Shown here: one piece after another, positions 47,507 to 58,790 of the stretch
Numbering within the stretch: the stretch's first letter is position 1
How the letters are laid out: every line of letters begins with the position of its first letter
Source of the DNA: Myxococcales bacterium
Lineage (GTDB): Bacteria; Myxococcota_A; Bradymonadia; UBA7976; UBA1532
DNA length: 64,000 bases
Direction of reading: 5' to 3'
Assembly: GCA_020633435.1 (NCBI GenBank)
Contig: JACKDP010000001.1
Location: 1,353,001-1,417,000, forward strand
Made by a program: the position numbers and the translations under genes
The notes under the pieces: generated by a model
What the model was told of the DNA's origin: nothing
The model's database searches: none
The model's input: the letters and a program-made list of their open reading frames with translations, nothing else

Positions 47507-47944
47507 TCAGGGCGCGGCCCCGGGGGTCAGGGTGACGTGCGTGTACGCCAGCTCGACCTGGTCGATGATCAGGCCCTGGTCTGCGCGAGCGTGCGAGTAC
47601 GCCGACCACCTCACCGGCACGGCCCCGACGAACCGCCACGTCAGCACCACCTGCCCCGCCGGGCCGACCAGCATCACCTGCACGTCCGCGGGCCGAGGCG
47701 CCTCGGACGCGTCCAGCCAGGCGATGAGGGCCGCGTCCATCACCATGCCGCGCTTGAGCGTCAGGGACCCCCCCACCCGCGTCGGGAGGCGGTGCTTGAA
47801 GCGGTTCTCCCTCCCGGCGCTCACCTCCTCGGGCTCGTCGTGGCTCAGCCCTTCGACCTCCTCGAAGGGCAGGGTGCACGCCGGGAGGCCGGGCACGTCG
47901 AAGACGACATGGAAGACGAACTCGGGGGGCGTGAAGGACGGCAT
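47507..47944 (-). CDS. stand-alone phage-tail-tube-like protein (T4 gp19 / 'conserved hypothetical phage tail region protein' family)
   Basis: 145 aa. MPSF..EFVFHVVFD...F.EVEGLS.D.E......EN.....LP.R......LTLKRG...D..L..W...W.F....PV.W........LI.DQVELAYTHVTL matches the family pattern. RBS ggaggg. Confidence 0.6.
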   Translation of the reverse strand: MPSFTPPEFVFHVVFDVPGLPACTLPFEEVEGLSHDEPEEVSAGRENRFKHRLPTRVGGSLTLKRGMVMDAALIAWLDASEAPRPADVQVMLVGPAGQVVLTWRFVGAVPVRWSAYSHARADQGLIIDQVELAYTHVTLTPGAAP

Positions 47945-48003
47945 GGGATCCCTCCAGTGGTTCGCTGGAGCGTACCGCGCTGGCGACGCGTGGGGGAGCC
48001 CGC

Positions 48004-48867
48004 TCAGCCCTCGCGGGCCGGCACCCGGTGCACCACCGTGAGGTTGGCCCCGCCGAAGCCCCGGGCGGCGGCGTCCTCGAAGCGGGCCCGCGCCGCGTCC
48101 ACGACGGGCTGGGGGCCGAGCGCGCTGGCGTAGCGCAGGTCCTTCACCACCAGGTCGACCGGAAAGCGCGGGGCGTGGTCGCCAGCGAGCATGAGGCCCG
48201 CCGCGGCCGCCGCGGCCGGCGACGTGACCGGCATCCGGGTGAGGAGCGCGACCACATGGGCCGGCGCCAGGCCCGCCGTGGCGGCGGCCCGCAGCAGGTC
48301 GGCCATCACCGCGACCTGGCTGGCGAAGAGGCCGTTGACCAGCAGCTTGAAGACGGCCGCGTGCGCGGGCTCGGGGCCGGCGACGAGCACCGCGCTCCCC
48401 AGCACGTCGAGGAGGGGGCGCGCGCGGGCGAGGGCCGCCTCGCTGCCACCGGCCAGGACCGCCAGCTGTCCCGCCTCGGCCTGGGGCGTCGAGCCCGCGA
48501 CCGGCGCCCCGAGCAGCAGCGCGCCCTTCGCCTCGACGGCCTGGGCCAGGCGCGCCATGAAGGCGGGCGTCACCGTGCTGCACTCGATGGCGAGGGCCCC
48601 GGGCGGCAGGCCGAGCAGCGCGCCCTGGGTCGGATCCAGCCAGACCGCCGCGGCCGCCTCGTCGTCCGTGACCATGGAGATCACGACGTCCGCGTCGGCC
48701 GCCGCCGCCCGGGGCGTCGCCGCCCAGGTGGCCCCGGCCGCGACGAGGGGCTGAGCGCGCGCCCGGGTGCGGTTGTAGACGGTGACGCGGCCCTGGGCGA
48801 GCAGGCGCGCTGCCATCCGGGCGCCCATGGCGCCGAGGCCGAGGAAGGCGATGTGCAGGTCGGTCAT
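48004..48867 (-). CDS. NAD(P)-dependent 3-hydroxyisobutyrate / 6-phosphogluconate-dehydrogenase-like oxidoreductase
   Basis: Start MTDLHIAFLGLGAMGARMAARLL (GxGxxG); HIBADH-type core. Confidence 0.75.
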   Translation of the reverse strand: MTDLHIAFLGLGAMGARMAARLLAQGRVTVYNRTRARAQPLVAAGATWAATPRAAAADADVVISMVTDDEAAAAVWLDPTQGALLGLPPGALAIECSTVTPAFMARLAQAVEAKGALLLGAPVAGSTPQAEAGQLAVLAGGSEAALARARPLLDVLGSAVLVAGPEPAHAAVFKLLVNGLFASQVAVMADLLRAAATAGLAPAHVVALLTRMPVTSPAAAAAAGLMLAGDHAPRFPVDLVVKDLRYASALGPQPVVDAARARFEDAAARGFGGANLTVVHRVPAREG

Positions 48868-48963
48868 GGGGTCGCTCCCGTCTGGTGCCACTCAGGGTGA
48901 TTGATTTCAGTCGGGGATGTCCACGCCCCGATCATGCTATCACTCATTCCAAAGGGGGTGGTG

Positions 48964-49863
48964 ATGGACCGCATCGAGGCCCTGCGTCTCTTCGCTCGCC
49001 TGGCCGAGGTCGAGAGCTTCACGGCCGCGGCGCAGGCGCAAGGGATCAAGCAGTCGACGGCGAGCAAGTGGATCGCCGCCCTCGAGGCCGAGCTCGGCGT
49101 GGCGCTGGTCGCCCGCACCACCCGGGCCGTGCAGCTCACCGAGGCGGGCCGCCTGCTGCGGGATCGGACGCAGGCGATCGTGGCGGCCTACGACGCCGTC
49201 CGGGCCGAGCTCGGCGACCGCGGGCCCACGCCGCGGGGCCATCTGCGGCTCAGCGTCCCCGTCGTCTTCGGCCGCCTCTTCGTGCTGCCCGCCCTGGCGA
49301 CGTTCCTCGCGCGCCACCCGCAGGTCAGCGTCCAGCTCGTCATGAGCGACCGCTACGTGCGCCTCGTCGAGGAGGGCTTCGACCTGGCCATCCGGGTGGG
49401 CACGGCCACGGACGCGAGCGTCATCGGGCGCAAGCTCGGCGAGAGCCGGCGGGTGCTCGTGGCCGCGCCGGCCTACCTGCTGGCCCACGGCGCGCCGCGG
49501 GTGCCCGGCGACCTGCGCCGCCACGCCTGCCTCGTGCACGGCGATGGCAGCGCCCCGGGCATGTGGCGGTTCGGCCGCGGCGCCGCCCCCGATCTGCCCG
49601 TGCCCGTCCGCGGCCGCTTCTCGGCCAACAACAGCGAGGCCGTCCTGGCCCTCGCCCGCCAGGGGCTGGGCATCGCGCTGCTGGCCGACTGGCTGGTGGG
49701 CGAGGACGTCGCCCAGGGCGACCTGGTGCCCCTGCTCGAAGACTTCTCGGCGCCCCCCGCGCCCATCTACGCCCTGCGCCCGCCCGGGGGCGTCCCCTCC
49801 ACCGCGGCGGTGGCCCTCGTGGATCACCTGGCGGCGGCGCTCGGGACGCGCCCGCCGAGCTGA
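48964..49863 (+). CDS. LysR-family transcriptional regulator
   Basis: MDRIEALRLFARLAEVESFTAAAQAQGIKQSTASKWIAALEAELGVALVAR. Divergent from the dehydrogenase gene. Confidence 0.8.
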   Translation: MDRIEALRLFARLAEVESFTAAAQAQGIKQSTASKWIAALEAELGVALVARTTRAVQLTEAGRLLRDRTQAIVAAYDAVRAELGDRGPTPRGHLRLSVPVVFGRLFVLPALATFLARHPQVSVQLVMSDRYVRLVEEGFDLAIRVGTATDASVIGRKLGESRRVLVAAPAYLLAHGAPRVPGDLRRHACLVHGDGSAPGMWRFGRGAAPDLPVPVRGRFSANNSEAVLALARQGLGIALLADWLVGEDVAQGDLVPLLEDFSAPPAPIYALRPPGGVPSTAAVALVDHLAAALGTRPPS

Positions 49864-49887
49864 GGTAGACTGCCCCGCGGGAGGTCC

Positions 49888-50257
49888 CATGTCCGACATC
49901 GACGCCTACATCGCCTCCGCCCCCGAGGCGGCCCGGCCTCGCCTGGCCGCGCTGCGCGATGCCATCCGCGCCGAGGCGCCCGCCGCGACCGAGCGCATCG
50001 CCTACGGCATCCCCACCTGGCACCAGGGCGAGCACCTCATCCACATCGGCGGCTTCGCCCGGCACGTCGGCGTCTACCCCGGGCCCGTGGCGCTCCAGGC
50101 CTTCGCGGACGAGCTGGCGCCGTTCCCGACGTCGAAGGGGGCGTTCCAGATCCCCCACGACGCCGCCCTGCCCCTGGACCTGGTGCGGCGCATCACCCGC
50201 TGGCGCGTCGAGCAGGCCGCCACGAAGGCGGCGGCGAAGCGTTCGCTGAAGCGCTGA
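49888..50257 (+). CDS. DUF1801 (YdhG-like) domain protein
   Basis: MSDIDAYIASAPEAARPRLAALRDAIRAEAPAATERIAYGIPTW... is typical of the family. Confidence 0.5.
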
Positions 50258-50304
50258 CGCCCGCAACCTGCTGATCACCCTCGGGTTTTCAACCCTGGGC
50301 GGCG

Positions 50305-51522
50305 CTACGGGAAGGCGATCTTGTGCGTGCCCTTCAGGGCCTTCATCGCCGCGTCCATGTCCTTTCCCTGGACGATCTTGATGGTCAGCTCGCCCGTGTC
50401 GGCGAGGCTGAGATCGAGGCTCGACGCCTTCTTCCAGAAGTCATGCTCGCCCTGCGCCCCCTCGGCGGGCTCGTCCAGGCCGAGGCTCTCCCGGGTCGCC
50501 TCGACGCGGGTGCTCAGGGGGCCGATGCAGCTCGGGCGGCCGCTCGGGCCCGTGCTGCACAGGAGCGCGGTCTGGATGGTCCAGTCCTCGACCTCGTTGA
50601 GGCCCATGTCCGAGTCGTGGCGGTTGACGGTGACGCCGAGGTGCCAGACGACGCGGCCGTCCCGCAGCGTCTGGGCCCTGGCGCCGTCGAAGCTGATGTC
50701 TTCGCTGATGCCGAAGGCGCCCGGGTTGTAGCGCGACGCGACGTCGGTGAGCAGCCACGTGCCGGCGGGGGTGGCCACCGTCAGGTGGTAAGTCGCCTCG
50801 CCCGGGGTGTCATCGACGCCGCCCTCGATGTAGGCGGCGCCGGGGCCGGGCCGGGGGGTGTCCTCCTCGGCCACGGGCTCCATGGCGGCGACGAGCCGCG
50901 CCTGCCCGCCAAAGGCCTGGTCGATCGGGCTGGTCACGGCCTCGCGGACGCAGCGCTGGCGGGCGCCCATGGCGCCGCTCGCCCGGATGGCGGCGCAGAC
51001 CGCGTCGGCGTCGGCGAACGGGCCGAGGAACGGGCGCGCCGCGAGCGGCCCCAGGGCGGCGAGCTGGCCGAGGCGGGCGCGGACGGCCTCGCTGGGGCGC
51101 TGGGCCAGCGACTGCTGCCAGGCGTCGCGAGCCGCGTCCGTCTTGCCCTGGGCCTCGTGGATGCGGCCCAGGTTGTACAGGGTGGCCCCTCGCAGCCGGC
51201 GGTCGCTGGTGCGGGCGAGGGCGCGGCGCGCGTCGGCCTCGGCGCCCGCCAGGTCGCCGGCCTGGAACCGCGCCCAGGCCCGCTCGGCGAGCGCGCGGGG
51301 GTCGTCCGGGAAGGCCGCGAGCGCCCGGTCGAAGCCCTCGATGGCGCGGGCGAAGTCCTTGGCGTGGTGGGCCTTGCGGCCGTCGCGCAGGCCGTCGCGC
51401 CAGGCCTGCCGGGCGGCGACGGTCATGGGCACGTCGGCGGTGGCCGGCTTCGCAGGCGGGGCCGCCTGGGCAGACACCGCCACGCAGAGCGCGGCCAGCC
51501 AGCGGCGGGCGGGGATCGTCAT
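50305..51522 (-). CDS. secreted TPR-repeat protein
   Basis: Signal MTIPARRWLAALCVAVSAQAA. TPR-like helices (AIEGFDRALAAFPDDPRALAERAWARFQAGDLAGAEADARRALA...). Confidence 0.6.
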   Translation of the reverse strand: MTIPARRWLAALCVAVSAQAAPPAKPATADVPMTVAARQAWRDGLRDGRKAHHAKDFARAIEGFDRALAAFPDDPRALAERAWARFQAGDLAGAEADARRALARTSDRRLRGATLYNLGRIHEAQGKTDAARDAWQQSLAQRPSEAVRARLGQLAALGPLAARPFLGPFADADAVCAAIRASGAMGARQRCVREAVTSPIDQAFGGQARLVAAMEPVAEEDTPRPGPGAAYIEGGVDDTPGEATYHLTVATPAGTWLLTDVASRYNPGAFGISEDISFDGARAQTLRDGRVVWHLGVTVNRHDSDMGLNEVEDWTIQTALLCSTGPSGRPSCIGPLSTRVEATRESLGLDEPAEGAQGEHDFWKKASSLDLSLADTGELTIKIVQGKDMDAAMKALKGTHKIAFP

Positions 51523-51586
51523 GGGGCGTCCTCGTAGGTGAGCGTCCGCGAGCAGCGTGCGCCCGTTCCGGCCCGGGATCGAGGGG

Positions 51587-52099
51587 TCAGGCGTCCCCGC
51601 CGGCCGCGGGCGCGTCGAGCAGGGCGTCGAGCTGGCCGAACGCCTCGTCGAAGGTGCAGGTGGCGCCCGACTCCATCGCCTCGTCGAGGGCCTCGCGCGT
51701 CGGATAGAGGTCATGCATCACCACCACCGTCTGGCCGCCACGCGCCTCGAACGTCACCGTGGTGACCTGGCCCGCCTCGCCGGCCTCCTCGTTCGTCCAG
51801 ACGAGGCGCGTCGGCCGCACGACCTCCAGGTACCGCCCATGGAAGGCCATGGGCTCGGGCGCGGCGGGGTGGCTGAAGACGAAGCGGTAGGTGCCGCCCG
51901 TCCGCACGTCCATCTCGCAGCGCTCGAACGAGAGCCCGATGGACTGCGGCGCCCACCAGCGCTGCATGAGCTCGGCCCGGGTCCAGGCCTCGAAGACCCG
52001 GTCGATGGGGTAGTCGAAGGTCCGGGTCACCACCAGCTCGCGATCGGACGCGCGCACCACCTCGGTCGGGTTCGGCTCACTCGCCGGATCTCGGCCCAT
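51587..52099 (-). CDS. SRPBCC-superfamily protein (Aha1/AHSA1-like, activator of Hsp90 ATPase homolog domain)
   Basis: ELVVTRTFDYPIDRVFEAWTRAELMQRWWAP...; overlaps the upstream ArsR gene (a typical pair). Confidence 0.7.
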   Translation of the reverse strand: MGRDPASEPNPTEVVRASDRELVVTRTFDYPIDRVFEAWTRAELMQRWWAPQSIGLSFERCEMDVRTGGTYRFVFSHPAAPEPMAFHGRYLEVVRPTRLVWTNEEAGEAGQVTTVTFEARGGQTVVVMHDLYPTREALDEAMESGATCTFDEAFGQLDALLDAPAAGGDA

Positions 52100-52439
52100 C
52101 CTGTCTCTCCTCGTTGGTCAGCTCGCCGAGTACTTCGTCCAGCGCCTGGAAGCGAGCAGCCCAGCGCTGGCGGTGGCGCTCCAGCCAGCGGGCCTCCTCC
52201 TCGAGGCGCCGCGGGCCGAGCCGGCAGGTCCGCACCCGCCCGACCTTCCGGGTGACCACCAGGCCGGCGGTCTCCAGGACGGTGAGGTGCTTCTTCATCC
52301 CCGTGAGCGTCATCTCGAACGCCTGGGCCAGCTCCGTGACCGACGCCTCGGTCACGGCGAGGTGATCCAGGACGCCGCGGCGCGTCGCGTCGGCGAGGGC
52401 CGCGAAGGCGTGGTCGAAGTCGGGGGATGAAAACTGAAC
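52077..52439 (-). CDS. ArsR/SmtB-family transcriptional regulator
   Basis: FAALADATRRGVLDHLAVTEASVTELAQAFEMTLTGMKKHLTVLETAGLVVTRKVGRVRTCRL (winged HTH). Confidence 0.75.
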   Translation of the reverse strand, partial: VQFSSPDFDHAFAALADATRRGVLDHLAVTEASVTELAQAFEMTLTGMKKHLTVLETAGLVVTRKVGRVRTCRLGPRRLEEEARWLERHRQRWAARFQALDEVLGELTNEERQDGPRSGE

Positions 52440-52487
52440 CATCTGGTTCAGTATCGTCGACGCGGTCGCCCGACGCAAGCGCCGCGA

Positions 52488-53483
52488 TCAGGCTCGGGCG
52501 CCCTCGGGCAGGTGGATGAGCGGGCGGGGCCCCGCCACGGCCGGGATGGCGGGGTTGAGGGCCAGGTAGTGGGCCTGCAGGACGTCGCCGATCTGGCGGA
52601 ACCAGGCAGCGCCGGGGGAGGTCACCCGCCACTGGAGCGTGAGCGTCCGGCCGGGCTGGTGGCCCTCGAAGCTCCGCACGACGAGCCCCTGCCCGGCGCG
52701 GACCTCGGCGCTCAGCGCGCTGGCCGGCAGCAGCGTGGCCCCCAGGCCGCTCTCCACCATGCGCACCAGCGTGGTGACGCTGGCGGCGGTGACGGACGTG
52801 GGCGGCGGCCGGCCGGCGAGGGCGCAGACGTCGATGGCCTGGTCGCGCAGGCAGTGCCCGTCGGCCATCAGGATGAGGCTGGCCCCCTCGATCTCGCCGC
52901 GGCCCATGGCCCGGGGGACGCCGAGGGGGTGCCCCTCGGGCGCCACGAGGACGAACGGCTCCACCACCAGGTCGGGCCCGGTCAGGCCGGTGTCGTCGAA
53001 GGGCCGGGCCAGCAGCCCCAGGTCCACGCCGCCGGTGCGGAGCTGCTCGATGAGCACGGGCGTCTGCAGTTCGTGGATGGCGAAGGCGACCTCGGGGAAG
53101 AGGTCGCGCAGCCGCGCCAGCAGGCCGGGGAGGCCGTACGGGGCGATGGTCGGGATGACGCCCAGGCGGATGGTGCCCCGGGGCGTGCCGGCGAAGGTGC
53201 TGGCGGCGTCGACGAGCTCATGGGCCTCGGTGAGCAGCCGCCGGGCCCGCCGGACGATCTCTTCGCCGGCGGGCGTGAGCAGCACCCGGGGGCGGACGCG
53301 CTCGAAGAGGGCGATGCCGAGCTGCTCCTCGACCTCGCGCACCTGCTTGCTCAGGGCGGGCTGGCTGACGGCGCACTGGCGGGCGGCCTCGACGAACTGG
53401 CCCGTTTCGGCCAGGGCGATCAGGTACTCGAGCTGGCGGAGCGTGGGGAGCGCCACGGCATAACCTCCGGTTATAGACAGCAT
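52488..53483 (-). CDS. LysR-family regulator, OxyR-like (divergent from katG)
   Basis: [45 protein letters not shown]; a redox-sensor-like Cys in MADGHCLRD. The exact start is uncertain (ATG 53483 or a downstream GTG). Confidence 0.7.
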   Translation of the reverse strand: MLSITGGYAVALPTLRQLEYLIALAETGQFVEAARQCAVSQPALSKQVREVEEQLGIALFERVRPRVLLTPAGEEIVRRARRLLTEAHELVDAASTFAGTPRGTIRLGVIPTIAPYGLPGLLARLRDLFPEVAFAIHELQTPVLIEQLRTGGVDLGLLARPFDDTGLTGPDLVVEPFVLVAPEGHPLGVPRAMGRGEIEGASLILMADGHCLRDQAIDVCALAGRPPPTSVTAASVTTLVRMVESGLGATLLPASALSAEVRAGQGLVVRSFEGHQPGRTLTLQWRVTSPGAAWFRQIGDVLQAHYLALNPAIPAVAGPRPLIHLPEGARA

Positions 53484-55750
<2,267 letters not shown>

Positions 55751-55780
55751 GCCCGCCGCTTGACACCGCGCCCGCCTCCG

Positions 55781-55800
55781 ATACCCTCCCCCAGGTATCT
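55781..55800. promoter_or_regulatory. candidate CsoR/RcnR-type operator: GATACC-CTCCCCCA-GGTATC inverted repeat, near TTGACA (55761-55766)
   Basis: Perfect 6-bp inverted half-sites separated by a C-tract, ~35 nt upstream of the csoR-like GTG start. Confidence 0.45.
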
Positions 55801-55833
55801 GCCGGCGCCCACGGGGCGCCCAGGAGGCCCCCC

Positions 55834-56112
55834 GTGGTGAGCCCCGCCATCAAGGACGACGTCGACGCCCGCCTCAAGCGCGTGGCCGGCCAGGTGGCCG
55901 GCATCCAGCGCATGGTGGACGACGGCCGCTACTGCGTGGACGTCCTCGTCCAGATCGCCGCCGCCCGCGCCGCCCTGGCCAAGGTGGGCAAGGTGCTGCT
56001 GGAGTCCCACATCCAGACGTGCGTTGCAGACGCTTTCACCAGTGATGACGAGGAGATACGGGCCGAGCGCATCGCCGAGCTGGTGCGCATCTTCGAGAAG
56101 AACAGCGCCTGA
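55834..56112 (+). CDS. CsoR/RcnR/FrmR-family metal-sensing transcriptional repressor (DUF156)
   Basis: LKRVAGQVAGIQRMVDDGRYCVDVLVQIAAARAALAKVGKVLLESHIQTC has the conserved Cys/His/Cys ligand positions. GTG start with RBS caggagg at 6-nt spacing. Confidence 0.65.
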   Translation: MVSPAIKDDVDARLKRVAGQVAGIQRMVDDGRYCVDVLVQIAAARAALAKVGKVLLESHIQTCVADAFTSDDEEIRAERIAELVRIFEKNSA

Positions 56113-56116
56113 ACGC

Positions 56117-57388
56117 TCAGGCCGCCTGCCGGCGCATCACCGCCCGGACCCCCAGCCCCACGACCACCAGCCCCAGGCCGGCCAGCCCGACCGGCAGCTC
56201 GACGAAGGCGGCCAGGCCGAAGCAGGCGACGAGCCCCGCCGCGGCGATGGCGCGCGGAAAGCGCCGGTCGACCGCCGGCAGCCGGAGCGCGGCGACGTGG
56301 GTGAGCCCGTAGTAGACCAGCACCGTGAAGGCGCTGAACGACCACGTCGTGCGGATGTCCCCGAGCAGGACGAGCCCGGCGATGACCGCCCCGATGGCCC
56401 AGACCGCCCGGCGCGGGCTGCCGGCCTCGACGTGGGCCAGGGGCGCGGGCATCTCGCGGCGCTGGGCCATGGCGAAGAGCACCCGGCTGAGGCCCAGCAG
56501 CAGGTTGAGCAGCACGCCGGCCATGGCGGTGACGGCGCCGGCCGCCACCAGCCACGCCACCTGGGGGTGCCGGAAGGCGCGGGCGACGAGCTCCAGCGGG
56601 GCGGCGGCCTGCCGCGTCGCCGCGGCGAAGGCGTCGGGGCCCACGACCGCGACGGCCGTGGCCGCCACCGCGACGTACAGCACCATGGACAGGGCGAGCG
56701 TCGCGAGGATGGCCCGCGGGATGGTGCGCGCCGGCGCGCGGACCTCCTCCCCCAGCGTCGCGATGCGCCCGTAGCCGGTGTAGGCCACGAACATCAGGGC
56801 GGTGGCCTGCAGCAGGGCCGGGGTCGAGGCCGCCTCGCCGGCGAGCACCCGGGCCACCGCGTCGCCGGCGTCCACGCTCAGCCACCCCCCGACGACGAAC
56901 GCGCCCAGCGCCGCGAGGGTGAGCGAGACGATGGCCACGTTCACCCGGTTGGAGCGCCGCAGGCCGCCCGCCACGAGGGCCGTCAGCGCGACGACGAGGG
57001 CGAGCGCCACCCCGATCCGCGCCGCGCGCCCATCCGGCAGGCCGAGGCCGTGCAGCAGGTAGCCCGCGCAGCCCAGGGCCGCCGTGGCCGCCGACGCGCT
57101 CTTCGCCGCCAGGAACATCCAGCCCGCCGTGAAGCCGGCCAGGGGGTGCACGTAGCGGTGGCCGTAGGCGTAGGTGCCGCCGCTGACCGGGTGCGCGGCG
57201 GCGAGCTGGGCGCTGGAGAGGCCGTTGGCGGTGGCCACGAGGGCCGCCAGCGCCACCGCCCAGACGATGCCCCCGCCCGCCACGCCCGTGGCCAGGCCCA
57301 GGCTGACGAACACCCCCGTGCCCAGGATGGAGCCGAGGCCCATCCACACGGCGCCCCACAGGCCGACGACCCGGGCGAGGCCCGTCAT
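56117..57388 (-). CDS. APC-family amino acid permease
   Basis: 12-TM profile; N-terminus GLWGAVWMGLGSILGTGVFVSLG. Confidence 0.8.
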   Translation of the reverse strand: MTGLARVVGLWGAVWMGLGSILGTGVFVSLGLATGVAGGGIVWAVALAALVATANGLSSAQLAAAHPVSGGTYAYGHRYVHPLAGFTAGWMFLAAKSASAATAALGCAGYLLHGLGLPDGRAARIGVALALVVALTALVAGGLRRSNRVNVAIVSLTLAALGAFVVGGWLSVDAGDAVARVLAGEAASTPALLQATALMFVAYTGYGRIATLGEEVRAPARTIPRAILATLALSMVLYVAVAATAVAVVGPDAFAAATRQAAAPLELVARAFRHPQVAWLVAAGAVTAMAGVLLNLLLGLSRVLFAMAQRREMPAPLAHVEAGSPRRAVWAIGAVIAGLVLLGDIRTTWSFSAFTVLVYYGLTHVAALRLPAVDRRFPRAIAAAGLVACFGLAAFVELPVGLAGLGLVVVGLGVRAVMRRQAA

Positions 57389-57443
57389 GGCGTCCCCCCT
57401 GCCCTCGCAACCACCTGGAATGAAAGCAAGATCCGGCCGGTCG

Positions 57444-58634
57444 TCAGGCCGCCGGGATGAGGAGCCGGAACGTCGTCCCCGCCCCTACCGCCGACTCCAC
57501 CTCGACGCGGCCGCGCAGCCCGTTCGTGATCAGGTTGCGCACGATGGCCAGCCCCAGCCCCGTCCCCCCGCGCTCCCGGGCCGTCGTGAAGAACGGCCGG
57601 AAGATCTCGCGCAGGTGCTCGGCGGGGATGCCGCGGCCCTGGTCGGTGACGGTGATCGAGAAGTCGTCGCCGGCGCGAGCCAGCCCCACCTCCACCCCGC
57701 CCACGCCCTCGGGGTAGGCGTGGCGCTCGGCGTTGAAGAGCAGGTTGGTGAGCACCTGGGTGAGCTGCCCCGGATCCCCGCGCCACCGCCGCTCGCCGGG
57801 GGCCAGCCGATCGTCGACGGCGACCACCAGCCGCGACTGGCGCGAGTGCAGGCGGAAGACCTCGAGCACGCCCGCGATCACCTCGGGCAGGTCCAGATCC
57901 TCGACCTGCTCGGCGAAGTGATCCACCGAGGTGCGCTTCAGCGTCTCCACCAGGTGGTGCGCGCGGGCGAGGCTGCGCTGGATGAGCTGGGAGGCCTCGA
58001 CCATGTCGTCGACGGCCTCGCTGGCCTCCAGGTGGCCCGCCACGGCCGCGCGCACCTCGGGCTCCTCCAGCCGCGCCTCCAGGATGGACGCCCCGGTGCG
58101 GGCCACGCCGAGGGGCGTGTTGATCTCGTGGGCGAGGCCCGCCAGCATCTCGGCGGCCACGCGGTGGCGCTCGGCCAGCATCTCGGCCTCGGCGGTGCGC
58201 CGGCGGATCTCCTCGTCCAGCACCCGGTCGCTGGTGCGGCGCACGCGCTCGACGAGCACGGCCAGCACCGCCTGGAAGACGGCCCCCGAGTGGGCCGAGG
58301 CCAGCAGCTCCAGGAAGGCGTCGCGCTCCAGCACGAACACATCCGCGTCCGTGTCGGTGTGCACGCTGGCCGAGCGCGGCAGGCCGTCGAAGAGCGCGAA
58401 CTCGCCGAAGATCTCCCCGGGACCGAGGCTGGCCACCTCGACGTCGGCCCCCTTCGTCACGCGCAGGGTGCCCGCGAGGACGACGAACATGCTCGTCGCC
58501 GTGGCCCCCTCGGCGCAGACCAGGGCGCCGGCGGTGTAGGCGCGCCGCTCCCCGGCGTCGGCGAGGGATCGGCGCAGATCGTCGGGCAGGGCGGCGAAGA
58601 GGGGGACGGCCCCGAGGGCGTCGGCGAGCAGCAT
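57444..58634 (-). CDS. sensor histidine kinase with an N-terminal cyclic-nucleotide-binding (cNMP) domain
   Basis: cNMP domain: LFAALPDDLRRSLADAGERRAYTAGALVCAEGATATSMFVVLAGTLRV...GPGEIFGEFAL. HisKA H-box LAGLAHEINTPL; HATPase N/G boxes (LLFNAERHA; GGTGLGLAIV). Confidence 0.75.
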   Translation of the reverse strand: MLLADALGAVPLFAALPDDLRRSLADAGERRAYTAGALVCAEGATATSMFVVLAGTLRVTKGADVEVASLGPGEIFGEFALFDGLPRSASVHTDTDADVFVLERDAFLELLASAHSGAVFQAVLAVLVERVRRTSDRVLDEEIRRRTAEAEMLAERHRVAAEMLAGLAHEINTPLGVARTGASILEARLEEPEVRAAVAGHLEASEAVDDMVEASQLIQRSLARAHHLVETLKRTSVDHFAEQVEDLDLPEVIAGVLEVFRLHSRQSRLVVAVDDRLAPGERRWRGDPGQLTQVLTNLLFNAERHAYPEGVGGVEVGLARAGDDFSITVTDQGRGIPAEHLREIFRPFFTTARERGGTGLGLAIVRNLITNGLRGRVEVESAVGAGTTFRLLIPAA

Positions 58635-58790
58635 GGTGTCCTCCCGGTCGAGGGGCCCGAATGCCACGGCCGCAGGGCGCAAGCAATACTTCTGTCGGCG
58701 ACGCGCGGTCGACCCTTGAGAAGCCCGCCCAAGTCCCCTAGCGTCGGGGTCGACACAGCCCCCACCGGCCCTGGCTCGCGGAGCACGCGT

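Noticed and set aside
47507-48583. 358-aa ORF upstream of the tail-tube-like gene
   Set aside because: Only the last 145 aa are protein-like; the remainder is Arg-rich shadow sequence overlapping the dehydrogenase gene.
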